Shown here one piece after another: positions 12,057 to 24,082 of a DNA stretch of 64,000 nucleotides (position 1 is the stretch's first letter; the number at the start of each line of letters is the position of its first letter). Origin of the DNA: Paraspadella gotoi (lineage: Eukaryota; Animalia; Chaetognatha); the NCBI GenBank assembly GCA_051294375.1, contig CM119266.1, positions 23,522,776 to 23,586,775 of the forward strand, given 5' to 3'. The position numbers and the translations under genes are program-made. The notes beneath the pieces were generated by a model. That model saw only the letters and a list, made by a program, of their open reading frames with translations. It was not told where the DNA came from and ran no database searches.

Positions 12057-14062
12057 TTTAGTACGAAATAAAAATTATCACGAATTATTTGGATCCCAGT
12101 TTTTGCTTTTCTTTCCTCTTCCCAACTTTTCGTCGTTCCTTTACCAAAAACATCCTTAATATTCAGCCAGAGAGGTCCTTACTCCATACTTTCTACCAAC
12201 AACCTTCCTACCCCATCGACCCTTCCCGCCAATCTCGACGCGAATGAGATGCACGTGCGACAGATTCTCGCCCGCTGTCCGTCGGCCTTTGGTTTGGAAT
12301 CGATGCCATCGTCTTTCGTCGTCGGTCGTCGTTCGTCGTCGTCGTTGGCGATCATTCATTAATCAAAGTCGCGAAATGAGATTGGCGGCGAAATCGTCGG
12401 GTTTTTCTATGGAGAGAATCATTCCGCACGGACGCTGATTATATCGGGATTGTCGTGGGACGACGACGACGACGACGACGATGACGACGACCGATGCCAA
12501 TGACGACAACTCCTCAGTCTTTTGTCTTTCCTTGCGTTGTAGCTTTATTCGAATGGGGTTGGCCCATGATTCCAAATACTGTAGCAGAATTTTTCTTTTC
12601 CACATCATTTGAAACAAAGATTGAGGATTTCTTTTTCCTCGTCACACAGTGAAAACATTTGCGAGCTGCGTCCAATCTTAATCTCGCAAGGATCACCTTA
12701 CCATGCATGTTACGCTGGGCCAACGTAAATGTTATAAAAATGTTTTGAGCGCTACATCAAGGTATCATTTTTATTGAGGCACTAATTGTACCATCGGGTA
12801 CATTCAAGCTTGAAATAATCCAGTGCGCGAGTGTGTTGCTAGAATTCGTTTGCATTGAAGGACTGAACAAAAAACCATGGACAAAAATCGAAGCATATCT
12901 AATTGTTTATAAAAAGTAAATTTTTGGATTCAATCTACATTCCCTTCATTTTCAATCTCGGAGCCCGCGACTTTGGAGAAGCCGGAAAAAAAAATATCGC
13001 TGACTCATATCTTCCTTTTTTCGCGCCGTCGCACGGGCGAAGAGGCGCCGAAGGTGGGCGTGCGAAGCAGGGGTTTCTAAGCGTCGGCTGGTTTGATGAT
13101 GATGATGATGATGATTGATGATGATGATGATTCATGATCATGATCATGAATTATATTGATGATGATGATATTGATGATAATTGATGATGATTGATTGATT
13201 AGCATGATTATGATGTTGAATGAATAGATACGATTGGAAATTTTAAAATATGATAATGATTAAGTATTCAGGGACAAAAAATACATCGACAATGAAGATG
13301 ATATTTATGATGGACAGAGAATAATAAAGTTATAGGACACTCTCCATGTTGGACGCCAACAACCACAATCATAAAATAACAGTTAACAACAACAAAAAAA
13401 AAACAACCAAACTCGGATCTATAACTGTCAGCAACAACAATAATAACCGTAAACAAAAAAACAAACAAAAAAAAAAACAAACACGGGGGGGGGACCGGAA
13501 CAACACAAACAACGCCGCCGCCAACAAACAACGCCAACAACGCAACACAACGCCGCCGCCAACCGCTCAAGCAACGTCCGACGAGCGTCGACGCCTCGAC
13601 GGTGACTTATTTCCATCAGGGAGTTGGGGCGGCCAACTTTTCGGCTTCATTAAACCATTTCTTTTCTTCTTTTTTTTAGGACGGAGGCGTCCGCATTCGC
13701 TAACGGAGGCACTCGACCCGAGGCCGAAAGGCGAGGAGGTTGTATGGGAGAGGGAGGAGAGGGAGGGAAAGGGAGGAAAGGGAAGGAGAGGGAGGAAGGG
13801 AGGAGAGAGGAAGGAAGAGAGGAGAGAAGATGAGGATGAGTGAGAGGGAGGAAAATTGGAGAGGAGAAATGGGAGCAAAAGGAGAGGAACGAGGAAGGAG
13901 TAGGAATGAGAGAGAGGGGAGGATAGAGAGGACGAGTGGGAGAGACGAGAGCGTGGAGAAGATGGAGGAAGGGAAAGGACAAAGAGAAGACGCAAGAGGA
14001 GGAAAAAAATTAGTGAGTTAGAAAAAAAGTGAATGAGAAAGTCAGTGCAAAAATTGTTGTGT
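12057..14062 (+). repeat. Tandem duplicate of 10139-12017 across a 25-N gap
   Basis: Colinear throughout with many 1-bp insertions. About 13670-13945 is essentially identical to 11630-11905. Confidence 0.92.
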
Positions 14063-15012
14063 GGAGAGAGAGAGAGATGAGAGACGAGAGAGAGAAGAGA
14101 GAGAGAGGAGATAGAGAGAGAGAGAGAGAGAGGAAGAGAGAGAGAGAGAGAGAGAGAGACGTTCTTGTCTGAAGAGCATGTCTTCGACTCATCATCCTAG
14201 ATGGAACGCAGTCTTCTCCGCAGGACTAGCAGGAAAGCAGCGCCGCATCACATCAGAATAAACCTCCTTAACTATTCACCCCCGCTCCGAATTATAAGAT
14301 CTGAACAAATCACCGATTTAATATTATGGAAAGTTTTGTTTAATAAAATTTATGCACTCAGGTTGTTTATTTATAGACTCAATTATTTAGCATGAGTTAT
14401 AAGTTTTTCCTAAAGAATTTGGTCAGAAAAATCCTCTCACTCAATTCAACTCATTTCTCCCAAAAATANNNNNNNNNNCAACGGTGTGTTTCTCTGACAC
14501 ATCTATGTTTTCGTCATCGTCGCTATCGTCGTCTTCATTGTCGAAAATATGTAGTAGCATGTTGTCTATCTTTTGTATGTTGTCTTTTGCAAGTTCTGTA
14601 AATTTTTCAAGTATGTTGTCTTTGGCAAGTGTCTTTTATTAAGTGTTAAGGGTAAGAAACAGGTACAAGAGCAGAAGACAGGAAGGGAGGGGGGCGGGCT
14701 AGTGGGGGAACCGTAGTGAAAACCCAAAGGGTAAAGAAGCGAAACGAAGAAGAGACGGAAAACGTTTATCATGACTTTTATGCGCGTTTTTCGTAATCGG
14801 CGGAGATCCGGGGAATTTCCCTCCGTTTTTATCTTTTTCTTTTTTTACAGGGAAAAAAAGAAAAAAAAAACGATTTGAAAGGGATTTAAAAATAGGAGTT
14901 TGTGAACGTTGCATTTCGGATTAATGCAATGCAATCTAAAAAGAAGACAATTTATATAAGAGCATGTTGATTGTTCAGTTTTTATGTCTACGGGAATTGC
15001 TATTTAGGTATT

Positions 15013-15094
15013 AATGAATGAATGAATGAATGAATGAATGAATGAATAAACGAATGAATGAATTAACGAACTAATTCAAGAGGGAATGAATGAA
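15013..15094. repeat. (GAAT)n / (ATTC)n microsatellite next to the Antp donor
   Basis: About 12 ATGA units in three blocks. Confidence 0.95.
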
Positions 15095-15113
15095 CGCCGT
15101 CTGCGCAACTCAC

Positions 15114-16342
15114 CAAACTGACTCCTCATCCACGGATAAATGGGAGTCTGCGAATTAAGCGAATGATCCACAGGCGCCGCCTGCCCCTCTTGAGGCCCGT
15201 GACCCGGATGGCCCGCGCCCATGACCCCGTGGGGGCCCGCGACCCCGTTGACCCCGGGGGCGCCCATGTGGGGCGGAGGCTGGGGCGTCAGAGGGTGTGA
15301 GGGGTACGAGGAAGCGGGGCCGTTGACGACGCCGTTGCCGTGATGCTGCTGCTCCAGGTGAGACGCCTGCTGCTGCTGCTGTTGTTGTAGTAGGTTGAGG
15401 GGATGTTGAGAGTTGTCCGGCTGTTGTTGTTGTTGTTGTTGTTGATGACCGTTGAGATGATTGTGAGAGGAGGAGGAAGGAGAGGAAGAGGAGGAGGAGG
15501 AAGGGACGCCGTTGTGAGGGGGCGTGTCCCCGGGGTGGCAAGCGGCGCCGCCAAAGTGATGGTGATGGACCGTCGACGAAGAGGCGCCGCCTCCGCCGCT
15601 GTGGACGCTGCTGCTGTGGACGCCGGCGTTGCTGGAGGAGGTGACGGGGCAGCCGACTCGCAGCGCGTCGTCGACGACGGGGGAGGGAAAGACGCCGCCG
15701 CTGTTGCTGCTGCTGCTGTTGTTGTTGTTGTTGTGATGGAGCGAAGTCGACGGCGACGAAGTCGGCGACGAACCGCTCCCGGGAGATCCTCTGTGAAGGG
15801 CGCCGTTTCCGGAGACAACGCCTTCCGGAAAGAACGCCGGATGATGATGATGATGATGGTGATGTTGCTGGTGACCGAGAGCGCCGGGCGAGCAGAGATT
15901 CGATGCCGCCGTCGCGTGATGATGCAGATGATGCGGCAACGAATTGCGGTGCTGATGCGCCGGCTGCGGCTGCTGCGACGACGATGATGACGACGAAGAA
16001 GACGACGTCGACGACGACGACGGCGACGAAGAGGACACCGGCACGACGACGCCGCCGCCGCCGGCGTCACCGGCGCCGAGAAGCAGCGACTGAGAGGAGG
16101 TGGGCGTGGCGTGAGGGGACGGCGATCCGTCGCTGTCGCCGCCACCGCCGCGGTCGTACGTAGAGAATCGCGGGAAATGCGGCGTCAAAGCGGCGCCGTG
16201 CGTCTCCGCCGTAGACGCCCCCAAATCCGATGCTGGGGAAACCGGCGCGCCGTAGGAAGAGAGGGTGCGCATAGGATCGTAGGCGCCGGAAGTTGAGGTG
16301 GAGGCGGCACCGGCGGGTGACATCACGTCGGGGTGCATGGCG
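15114..16342 (-). CDS. Antp: Antennapedia-class Hox protein, large coding exon (N-terminal region through the YPWM hexapeptide)
   Basis: Long GC-rich ORF ending IYPWMRSQF, the Antp-type hexapeptide context. It also encodes FPRFSTYDR, resembling the YPRFPPYDR motif of insect Antp, and poly-S/H/Q/N runs. Acceptor: CTAAT branch-like site, pyrimidine tract, then CAACAG|C at 16343/16342. Donor: TTTG|GTGAGT at 15114/15113, phase 1, as expected for RSQF-(E)RKRGR. Confidence 0.93.
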
Positions 16343-17430
16343 CTGTTGGAGTGGCAGGGGTGGTTGAGGAGAAGGGGGGAAATTAGTGAATGTCGAAGAT
16401 AAAGTTAATAAAAAGAGGAAAAATATTCAGGATTCAGAAAAAAAAAGTTTTATTATAATAGAAATTAGCGCGACGTTCTTATTATTAATTAATAGTATTT
16501 CTAATATTCGCCAGGTATGTATTGTAATAAATTTTAATAATTGTAATAATATACACGAATTGTTTCATTTGTTCGTTTCCGAATTAATCAATGAGAATAA
16601 AACTAAGAAAACATTTTTAACCGAAAACTGTTGTGGCTCGTATGCTTATTTTAAAAAAGACAAAAACAGAAAGAGACATTCCAGCGTCGACTGTCGTCGG
16701 ATTCCCTTTTCGATCTTCGATCTCGATATCGAAATTTGCAACTTAATTCTCAATAAGGCGAAGTAAATTTTCTAAATTTAACGTTAATTAAAATTCTAAA
16801 AGTGAAAGAACGAACAACTTTATACTAATGAACATATATGTAATAATAAAATTTCTAATAAATTTTACAATTTATGCAGTAGACCATATTTATACTAGTA
16901 CTAATCCAATAAGTGTTAAAATTTCAAAATAGTTTTTAGTAATTTTTTGTTTTGTTTTTGCAGATTTGGATTCGTCATAAAAAGTTGATAAAAAGAAAGA
17001 TAACTCTTTTTGAACGCTATATTTTAAGCTGAAAATTAACTTTTTATATATTAAATATAGATTTTTTAATTTTTAACCCAATTAATAAAAGAATTTTTAA
17101 AACTGATTTCTATTTTCTTTTATCAACTTTTGACGAGGAATTTAAATCTGCAATCAAAATTAAGAAAAGCCTATTTTGAAATTTTTCGATTTTATAAGGA
17201 TAGTACTATAGTACTATATTTAAATATAGCCTACTGCGAAAATTAAAAAACATAAAATTAATTTTTTTTTACAAATTAATGTTCACTGATAGTATGTTTG
17301 AATTTCCGTACGTAACTTTCACTACGCTCTAATCCTCAACTCAATAAATTAGCATCGATCGACACCGAAACTCGTTTAAACACCGACGCCTCTATCTCTC
17401 TCTCCTCCTTTTTCTCTCTCTCTCTCTCTG

Positions 17431-17497
<67 letters not shown>

Positions 17498-17665
17498 TCC
17501 GCTAGATTTATGACCTTCGCAGTTTTGGTCGAGAAAACGAAAAAAAGAAAATGAAACATAAAAATGTCAAAAATGAATATTCATTAGTAAACGTCTAGAA
17601 AGAGATTAAATTAAAAGGAAAGCGTTTGCTTATATTCATAAGACGAATAAGAAATAAGAACTGAC
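16343..17665 (-). other. Antp: Antp intron between the two coding exons
   Basis: GT...AG bounded, AT-rich, frame-consistent splice. Confidence 0.78.
16869..17244. mobile_element. MITE/fold-back-like inverted repeat in the Antp intron
   Basis: Arms of ~130 bp matching in blocks: GCAGTAGACCATATTTA/GCAGTAGGCTATATTTA, AAAATTTCAAAATAG, TTGCAGATTT, AAAAGTTGATAAAA. AT-rich spacer, no adjacent gap, TSD not clear. Confidence 0.65.
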
Positions 17666-17742
17666 TTTGTTCCCGAAGAGAAACCGCCGTTGAGTCCGCT
17701 CATGTAGTTTGCTGCGGCGGAAGGGGAATAGAAGGAATTCAT
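17666..17742 (-). CDS. Antp: Antp first coding segment (MNSFYSPSAAANYMSGLNGGFSSGT + 2 nt)
   Basis: ATG at 17742 in ACAATG context and donor AA|GTCAGT at 17666/17665. The 77 nt (phase 2) join in frame to the acceptor at 16342, giving ...SSGT-N-A-MHPDV. ETMNSFY..NYM resembles the ESMTSYF.NSYM start of insect Antp. Confidence 0.8.
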
Positions 17743-18043
17743 TGTCTCGATGCTGAAGATCGAATCGCCGATTTGCGGCAAGATCGGTTGGTGTGGGCTT
17801 TGACGCAAGATCGGTTGGCGAAAGGTGCAGCGGCGTCTGTTGCACAGGATAAATCCTTTTAACGAAGACTATTTGCTGCAGATGATTTCGGCGTAAATTG
17901 CTGAGGAGGATCTATGCGACAGTTTGCTGCAGAGTCTGATTGCAGCTACGGTGACACTTCTACGTCTAAATCGTCGGGTGAATGAAGAAATGACTTCGTC
18001 GAACAGGTTTTTTTTTCCAAAATAATTCGAAAACTGTCGAAAT
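17743..18043 (-). other. Antp: Probable Antp 5' UTR part of the first coding exon
   Basis: Strong acceptor TCTTTTCACTTTTTTTTCAG|A at 18044/18043. The following ~300 nt contain no AUG before the start codon. Confidence 0.55.
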
Positions 18044-18428
18044 CTGAAAAAAAAGTGAAAAGATATACGATTAAATCAAAGTCAATAGTTTTTTAACTAA
18101 AAAAGAAAAAAATTAAAGATTTATTGTCGAACGATTAACTGACAACACAAGGCGACATAAAGAAGTATAAGATAATTTATAAAAAATTGCCAAGCGCGGG
18201 TCGGCGAATGAAAACGATTATGCTTCCAACCGGTTAGGATCCAATCACAGATCTCAAATCACCAATCACTAATCGCCAATCAAATTGTTTTTGTCCTTTT
18301 CTGCTTCCTTATTCCTCTCATCTAAATCCTCGCCGTCTAAGATTCTCATCTTCTCAATTTACTTATCATCCTATCCTTAATTCCTTAATCCTTAATCCAT
18401 AATCCTTAATTAGAACCCCTAATCTCAC

Positions 18429-18914
18429 CCTCATTGCCTCTTCCCCTCTACCCGGCCAATCAACGACCGCCACTAAACGGCGCCGCCACCAATTACGACG
18501 CCGTTTCCGGGAGCGCCGGGAACGCCGAGAGCGCCGAGCCCATCCTCGACGATTTCGGCAAATGGATGTCATCTTTATTTCCCTCCGAGGTCTGACCACT
18601 GACTTCTATTCGTCCTCCCCCTTTGACAATTTCCCCCGCCCTGGCCACCTCCCTTCTTTCCCCCCCCCCCCATGAGTTTCTCCGCCCAACGAATCGTCGT
18701 TCTCCTTGGTTACGGGTTTTTGAGTCCTCTCGGCTTTGCTACCGCAAATTGCTCTCTCGTGAATCGAGGCTTTTCCCCTTCTCTCGATTTCGTCTATGAA
18801 GGGAAATTTCGTCAAAATTTATCGGCTTTATTTTCATTTAGTTCCATTTCTTCTTCTCTTCTCACCTCTCTCTCTCCTTTTTACCTCTCTCTCTCTCTTC
18901 TCTCTCTTCTCTGC

Positions 18915-18975
<61 letters not shown>
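18429..18975 (-). promoter_or_regulatory. Candidate proximal Antp promoter and short leader exon
   Basis: Minus-strand TCAGT initiator-like motif (A at 18600). AGATG at +27 is one base off canonical DPE spacing. GC-rich surroundings, a GA tract upstream (18850-18970) and a donor-like AGG|GTGAGA at 18429/18428. Confidence 0.25.
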
Positions 18976-18977
<2 letters not shown>

Positions 18978-19521
18978 TATTTAATCTTTATTGTCATAAT
19001 CAATAATGGATATTTTGGCAAATCGTCTGAGGTTACACTTATTTCATTTTTTTCCCTCTTTTTTTCTTTTTTTTCTATTTTTTACAATTTCATTTATTTT
19101 TGGTTGTTAATTAACAATGTTAGTGTTTTTGTTTTTATTCATTTTTATCTCAATGTTTTTATTTATTCTTTAAACCATGCATTCTATTTTTCTTTCGTTT
19201 TTAATTTTTAAAAAATTCCATAATTCACTTCAGAATATATTTAATTTCCCTGGATTCCCTTCATCCTCCCAAACCGATAAGGTTAGTTAGTTTAATATCA
19301 CAATATGCCTTTTTGGAGAAAAAAAAACATTATTTACAAAGACTTCTTATGTTCAATTTCAGTTTTCACAACAAGCCTTTTATCCTTTACTTCTTCCCTT
19401 TATCAACTAAAATCTTAATGACCCCTCAGCAGCTCTGTTTTCCTTTTATTGCGCCCGTTTTACTTTGTAACTCTTTGGCGGGTCAGAAAACAAATAAATC
19501 TTTCGATAACGATTACGACGA

Positions 19522-19555
<34 letters not shown>

Positions 19556-22500
19556 GCTTACAGACGACGACATCTGAATCGACCCTTTAAGGGCGAAAAT
19601 AAGAGTAGAGAAGAGGAGCAGTAACTTGAGCTTAGTCAAAAATCGTAAAGATAAAAAAGTTTAACATACCAGTGATAAGCCCTTTATTTACAAATAACAT
19701 TTATATGAAATCTGCTCTTAAAAAAATTTAGGGTTAAGAAGCTAGGAAAAGTCGGTAAAGTAACTCGAACCACTTAGTACAATGATCGAAAAAATTTTTT
19801 ATCTTTCTACTTTTTGGAAAAATAAACCTTTTTTGGAATCCCTTATATTTGTACAATGTACATACAACGAGATAAATATTAATATCAGCCGATTAATAAC
19901 ATTCTATCTTCATATCAAAATGCAAAATCTTTCGCTTCGCTTATCTTTAAAGGATCACGGGAATTTCGACAAACCATTTTGAAACCCTTCGTCAATACGG
20001 ACCGACCGACCGGCGAACTCACCTCATCCTCGTCATTCGTGTCCCAGATTCATGAATTTTTTTTCTGTTTTGACTTCGACATCAAAAGTCAACCTTATTA
20101 TTAAGAGAAAAGTTTTGTCAGAGACAAAAAAAAAAACGGACGGAAAATAATAGGGTCGCTGGACAAAAGGTCACGATAACCGGAGGCACGAAAGTGACAC
20201 GCCCACTCTCGGTAAGAAGGTGGTGACGCCCACTGAGGATTTGGATTCGACGATGGGAATTGGACCAGACTTTCCATGAGGACGACGACGCGTATCCCTT
20301 TCATTTCCTCTTATTTCGTTGCTCTTTTTTTTTTTAAATCAAAGAAAAGGATTTAATGTATTTTTCATTTCGTGAAAACTCGGAAAAAAATGAAACCTTT
20401 TTTGCAATGAAGTAAGTCGGAGAATTTGTGCGGGAGTAAAAACAAAGGCGTTCGTTTAAACTTTAACGAAAAAATTAAAACGTTTCATTAATTGTGGGAA
20501 TTTGTTTGTACATTGGAAGACAAAACGTTGAAATTAACGTCCGTCATTTGGCGGCGGAAAAAAAAAAGAATCAAATATGAAAAAATATTCGCTTCTGTTG
20601 TCACTCGACGACGACAACGACGATGACGACGACGACATCGATCCAACGTATATATTTTTCATAGCAGGAAAAACGGGGGGAAATACTCTAATTTCTTTTT
20701 GACAAATGAACGAATAAAGAAAAAAGAATTTGTTTCTTTTTTATTTTAGATTCGTTTTCAAAGTTTTTTTTCTGTTTGTTTTTTTTTTTCTTTGTTGGCC
20801 GGCGATTGGCCGAGCCGACCCCCGCTGGGATGCCGGCCGAGGCAAACTCGATTCTGTCGTTTTGAAATTCGTAGTAAAAAGTAGTTTTAAATATAAAATA
20901 CATCTAAAAGTTCTCACGTTGTCTTTCTATTTCATTGGTTTAATTTTAAAAGGTGTACGTACCTATATATGAATTGATTTGAAGAGAAACGAAAACAAAC
21001 ACTTTGTTTTCAACTTGACGCTTTTTCTTTCAGTTTAAAACTTTAAAGCGAAGATTTTCAAAAATATTTCTTTTTTGTGGTTGAGGTTAGTATGTTTGTT
21101 TTCTTTTCTTTGAGGGTGCGGCTTCGAATAAATTAAAAGCTTAATCTGAATTCGCAAGATAAACTAACAAAATTTCTCGAGAGTTTTTTTCATCGTCAAT
21201 TTATAGAAGATATATAAAATTTATTTCATATAGGCTGNNNNNNNNNNNNNNNNNNNNNNNNNNNNNNNNNNNNNNNNNNNNNNNNNNNNNNNNNNNNNNN
21301 NNNNNNNNNNNNNNNNNNNNNNNNNNNNNNNNNNNNNNNNNNNNNNNNNNNNNNNNNNNNNNNNNNNNNNNNNNNNNNNNNNNNNNNNNNNNNNNNNNNN
21401 NNNNNNNNNNNNNNNNNNNNNNNNNNNNNNNNNNNNNNNNNNNNNNNNNNNNNNNNNNNNNNNNNNNNNNNNNNNNNNNNNNNNNNNNNNNNNNNNNNNN
21501 NNNNNNNNNNNNNNNNNNNNNNNNNNNNNNNNNNNNNNNNNNNNNNNNNNNNNNNNNNNNNNNNNNNNNNNNNNNNNNNNNNNNNNNNNNNNNNNNNNNN
21601 NNNNNNNNNNNNNNNNNNNNNNNNNNNNNNNNNNNNNNNNNNNNNNNNNNNNNNNNNNNNNNNNNNNNNNNNNNNNNNNNNNNNNNNNNNNNNNNNNNNN
21701 NNNNNNNNNNNNAAAAAAAACGTGAAAAAAAAAGTGGAAACGTAAAATATTCGAAGGAGATCGGATTCACATAAATTAAAGCGGAAGTTTCTCGTTCACG
21801 GCGATAATTCAAACGAAGGTGTGTGTGAGTGTGTGTGTGCGCGCATTTATTTGCGTGCGTGTGCATAGATTTTTCTTGTGAGCGTCCCGGGAGTCCGTGA
21901 TTTCGCATGCAACAATCACAATCTACGCCTCTCCGGTGGTCTCGAGGTTGTACGTCATCCAAGGAATCATCGGCTGACTTGAATGACACACACATACTTC
22001 TCAATACTGATTAAAATATTTCTTATTCTTTCTTTCTATCCACAAATATTAAGCTCATGTAAGTACATATGAAACTCTCTAAATTCAGGTGACGTTATGA
22101 TAATTTTTTTACTTAAGGTTTCCCCCTATTTATTGATCTGCTCACTGCTCCGCTTTTGTTATCTACATGATGACAATTCTAAATATTTTTTTTTTTTTTT
22201 GGAAAAAAGTTTAAAAAAAAAAATTAAAAACAGTTATTTGTTTCAAAGACAACTTATCAAGGCATATCATAACTTATCAATATTAAATTTCTATACATAA
22301 ATGGTTTTGCTAATTTTTATGAAACTAACTTTTAAAATTCATGAAATAAGCTTTGGTTCGCAAATGGCAGCGTTTTTCTAGCGGCGATTTTAAAATTNNN
22401 NNNNNNNNNNNNNNNNNNNNNNNNNNNNNNNNNNNNNNNNNNNNNNNNNNNNNNNNNNNNNNNNNNNNNNNNNNNNNNNNNNNNNNNNNNNNNNNNNNNN

Positions 22501-24018
22501 NNNNNNNNNNNNNNNNNNNNNNNNNNNNNNNNNNNNNNNNNNNNNNNNNNNNNNNNNNNNNNNNNNNNNNNNNNNNNNNNNNNNNNNNNNNNNNNNNNNN
22601 NNNNNNNNNNNNNNNNNNNNNNNNNNNNNNNNNNNNNNNNNNNNNNNNNNNNNNNNNNNNNNNNNNNNNNNNNNNNNNNNNNNNNNNNNNNNNNNNNNNN
22701 NNNNNNNNNNNNNNNNNNNNNNNNNNNNNNNNNNNNNNNNNNNNNNNNNNNNNNNNNNNNNNNNNNNNNNNNNNNNNNNNNNNNNNNNNNNNNNNNNNNN
22801 NNNNNNNNNNNNNNNNNNNNNNNNNNNNNNNNNNNNNNNNNNNNNNNNNNNNNNNNNNNNNNNNNNNNNNNNNNNNNNNNNNNNNNNNNNNNNNNNNNNN
22901 NNNNNNNNNNNNNNNNNNNNNNNNNNNNNNNNNNNNNNNNNNNNNNNNNNNNNNNNNNNNNNNNNNNNNNNNNNNNNNNNNNNNNNNNNNNNNNNNNNNN
23001 NNNNNNNNNNNNNNNNNNNNNNNNNNNNNNNNNNNNNNNNNNNNNNNNNNNNNNNNNNNNNNNNNNNNNNNNNNNNNNNNNNNNNNNNNNNNNNNNNNNN
23101 NNNNNNNNNNNNNNNNNNNNNNNNNNNNNNNNNNNNNNNNNNNNNNNNNNNNNNNNNNNNNNNNNNNNNNNNNNNNNNNNNNNNNNNNNNNNNNNNNNNN
23201 NNNNNNNNNNNNNNNNNNNNNNNNNNNNNNNNNNNNNNNNNNNNNNNNNNNNNNNNNNNNNNNNNNNNNNNNNNNNNNNNNNNNNNNNNNNNNNNNNNNN
23301 NNNNNNCTCCGCCCCCTACTCGCCGCCGCCCCGCGACCCTCCAGCGCTCCATTTCGGCAAAGTCCCGTCGTGCGTCTCTCTCGTCTCTCTCTCCCTCCAT
23401 GTCTCCCCTTCTTTGTTCTCCGTCCCTCGTCTCTCTCTGTTCTCGACCCGTAGTCACGTGACATGTGCGTGAACATCACTCGCAGGACGCTGCGGCGTGA
23501 CTTTTTGACGCCGGAAGACGTTCGTCAAGTGTCCAAGAGAGAGAGAGAGATGAAGAGAGAGAGAGAGAGAGAGAGAGATCAGAAAACGTGAGGCGTTTTT
23601 ACGATCCTTTCGGTCATTTACGATCCAACTCATGACGTCCTCACGAGCGCGTCACTAACTCGCAAAAGTGGGCGTGGCCGCTGGTCATCGAAAAGGAAGT
23701 TGTCACGAGAAAAGTATTGCAAAGCTGGTGAACGAAGCAAGGAATCTCTGAATGGTGAATATTGTTTGGATCAAGTTTATCGATTGTTGTGAAATAAAAT
23801 ATGTTTCCCTCATAATCTCCCATTTTTGACTACAATAGTTTTTGTTTCTAAATGTGAATGACTGGAAATTACGTATAATAAGCTAAAATGTTATTTCGTG
23901 AATTACACTGTAAGAGAGAACCGCTTATCCACGATCCAATCCCCCTAACTTGAGACTCAACCGGAGATGCTGTCACGGCAAGTCGGGTGGCCACTAACGC
24001 TACGTCTGACGTAAAGGA

Positions 24019-24082
24019 TCACGTGATTGGTCGGCAATCGGGTGGCCAATCACGTGACATCTCACATGACCAATCACGTGAC
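24019..24082. promoter_or_regulatory. Triple CCAATCACGTGA (CCAAT box fused to E-box) element
   Basis: TCACGTGATTGG at 24019-24030 (reverse orientation), CCAATCACGTGAC at 24046-24058 and 24070-24082, and TCACATGAC at 24062. Confidence 0.4.

Noticed and set aside
15076-15113. C-terminal tail GELRRRRSFIPS of the 420-aa ORF
   Set aside because: Read-through into the intron after a consensus GTGAGT donor at the conserved Antp position.
15096-15113. Fly-like alternative donor 12 nt downstream (GKCQ linker isoform)
   Set aside because: No GT at that offset; the sequence reads GTGAGTTGCGCA|GA.
15155-16296. Overlapping alternative-frame and antisense ORFs over the Antp exon
   Set aside because: Expected shadows of a GC-rich, triplet-repeat exon; no recognisable domains.
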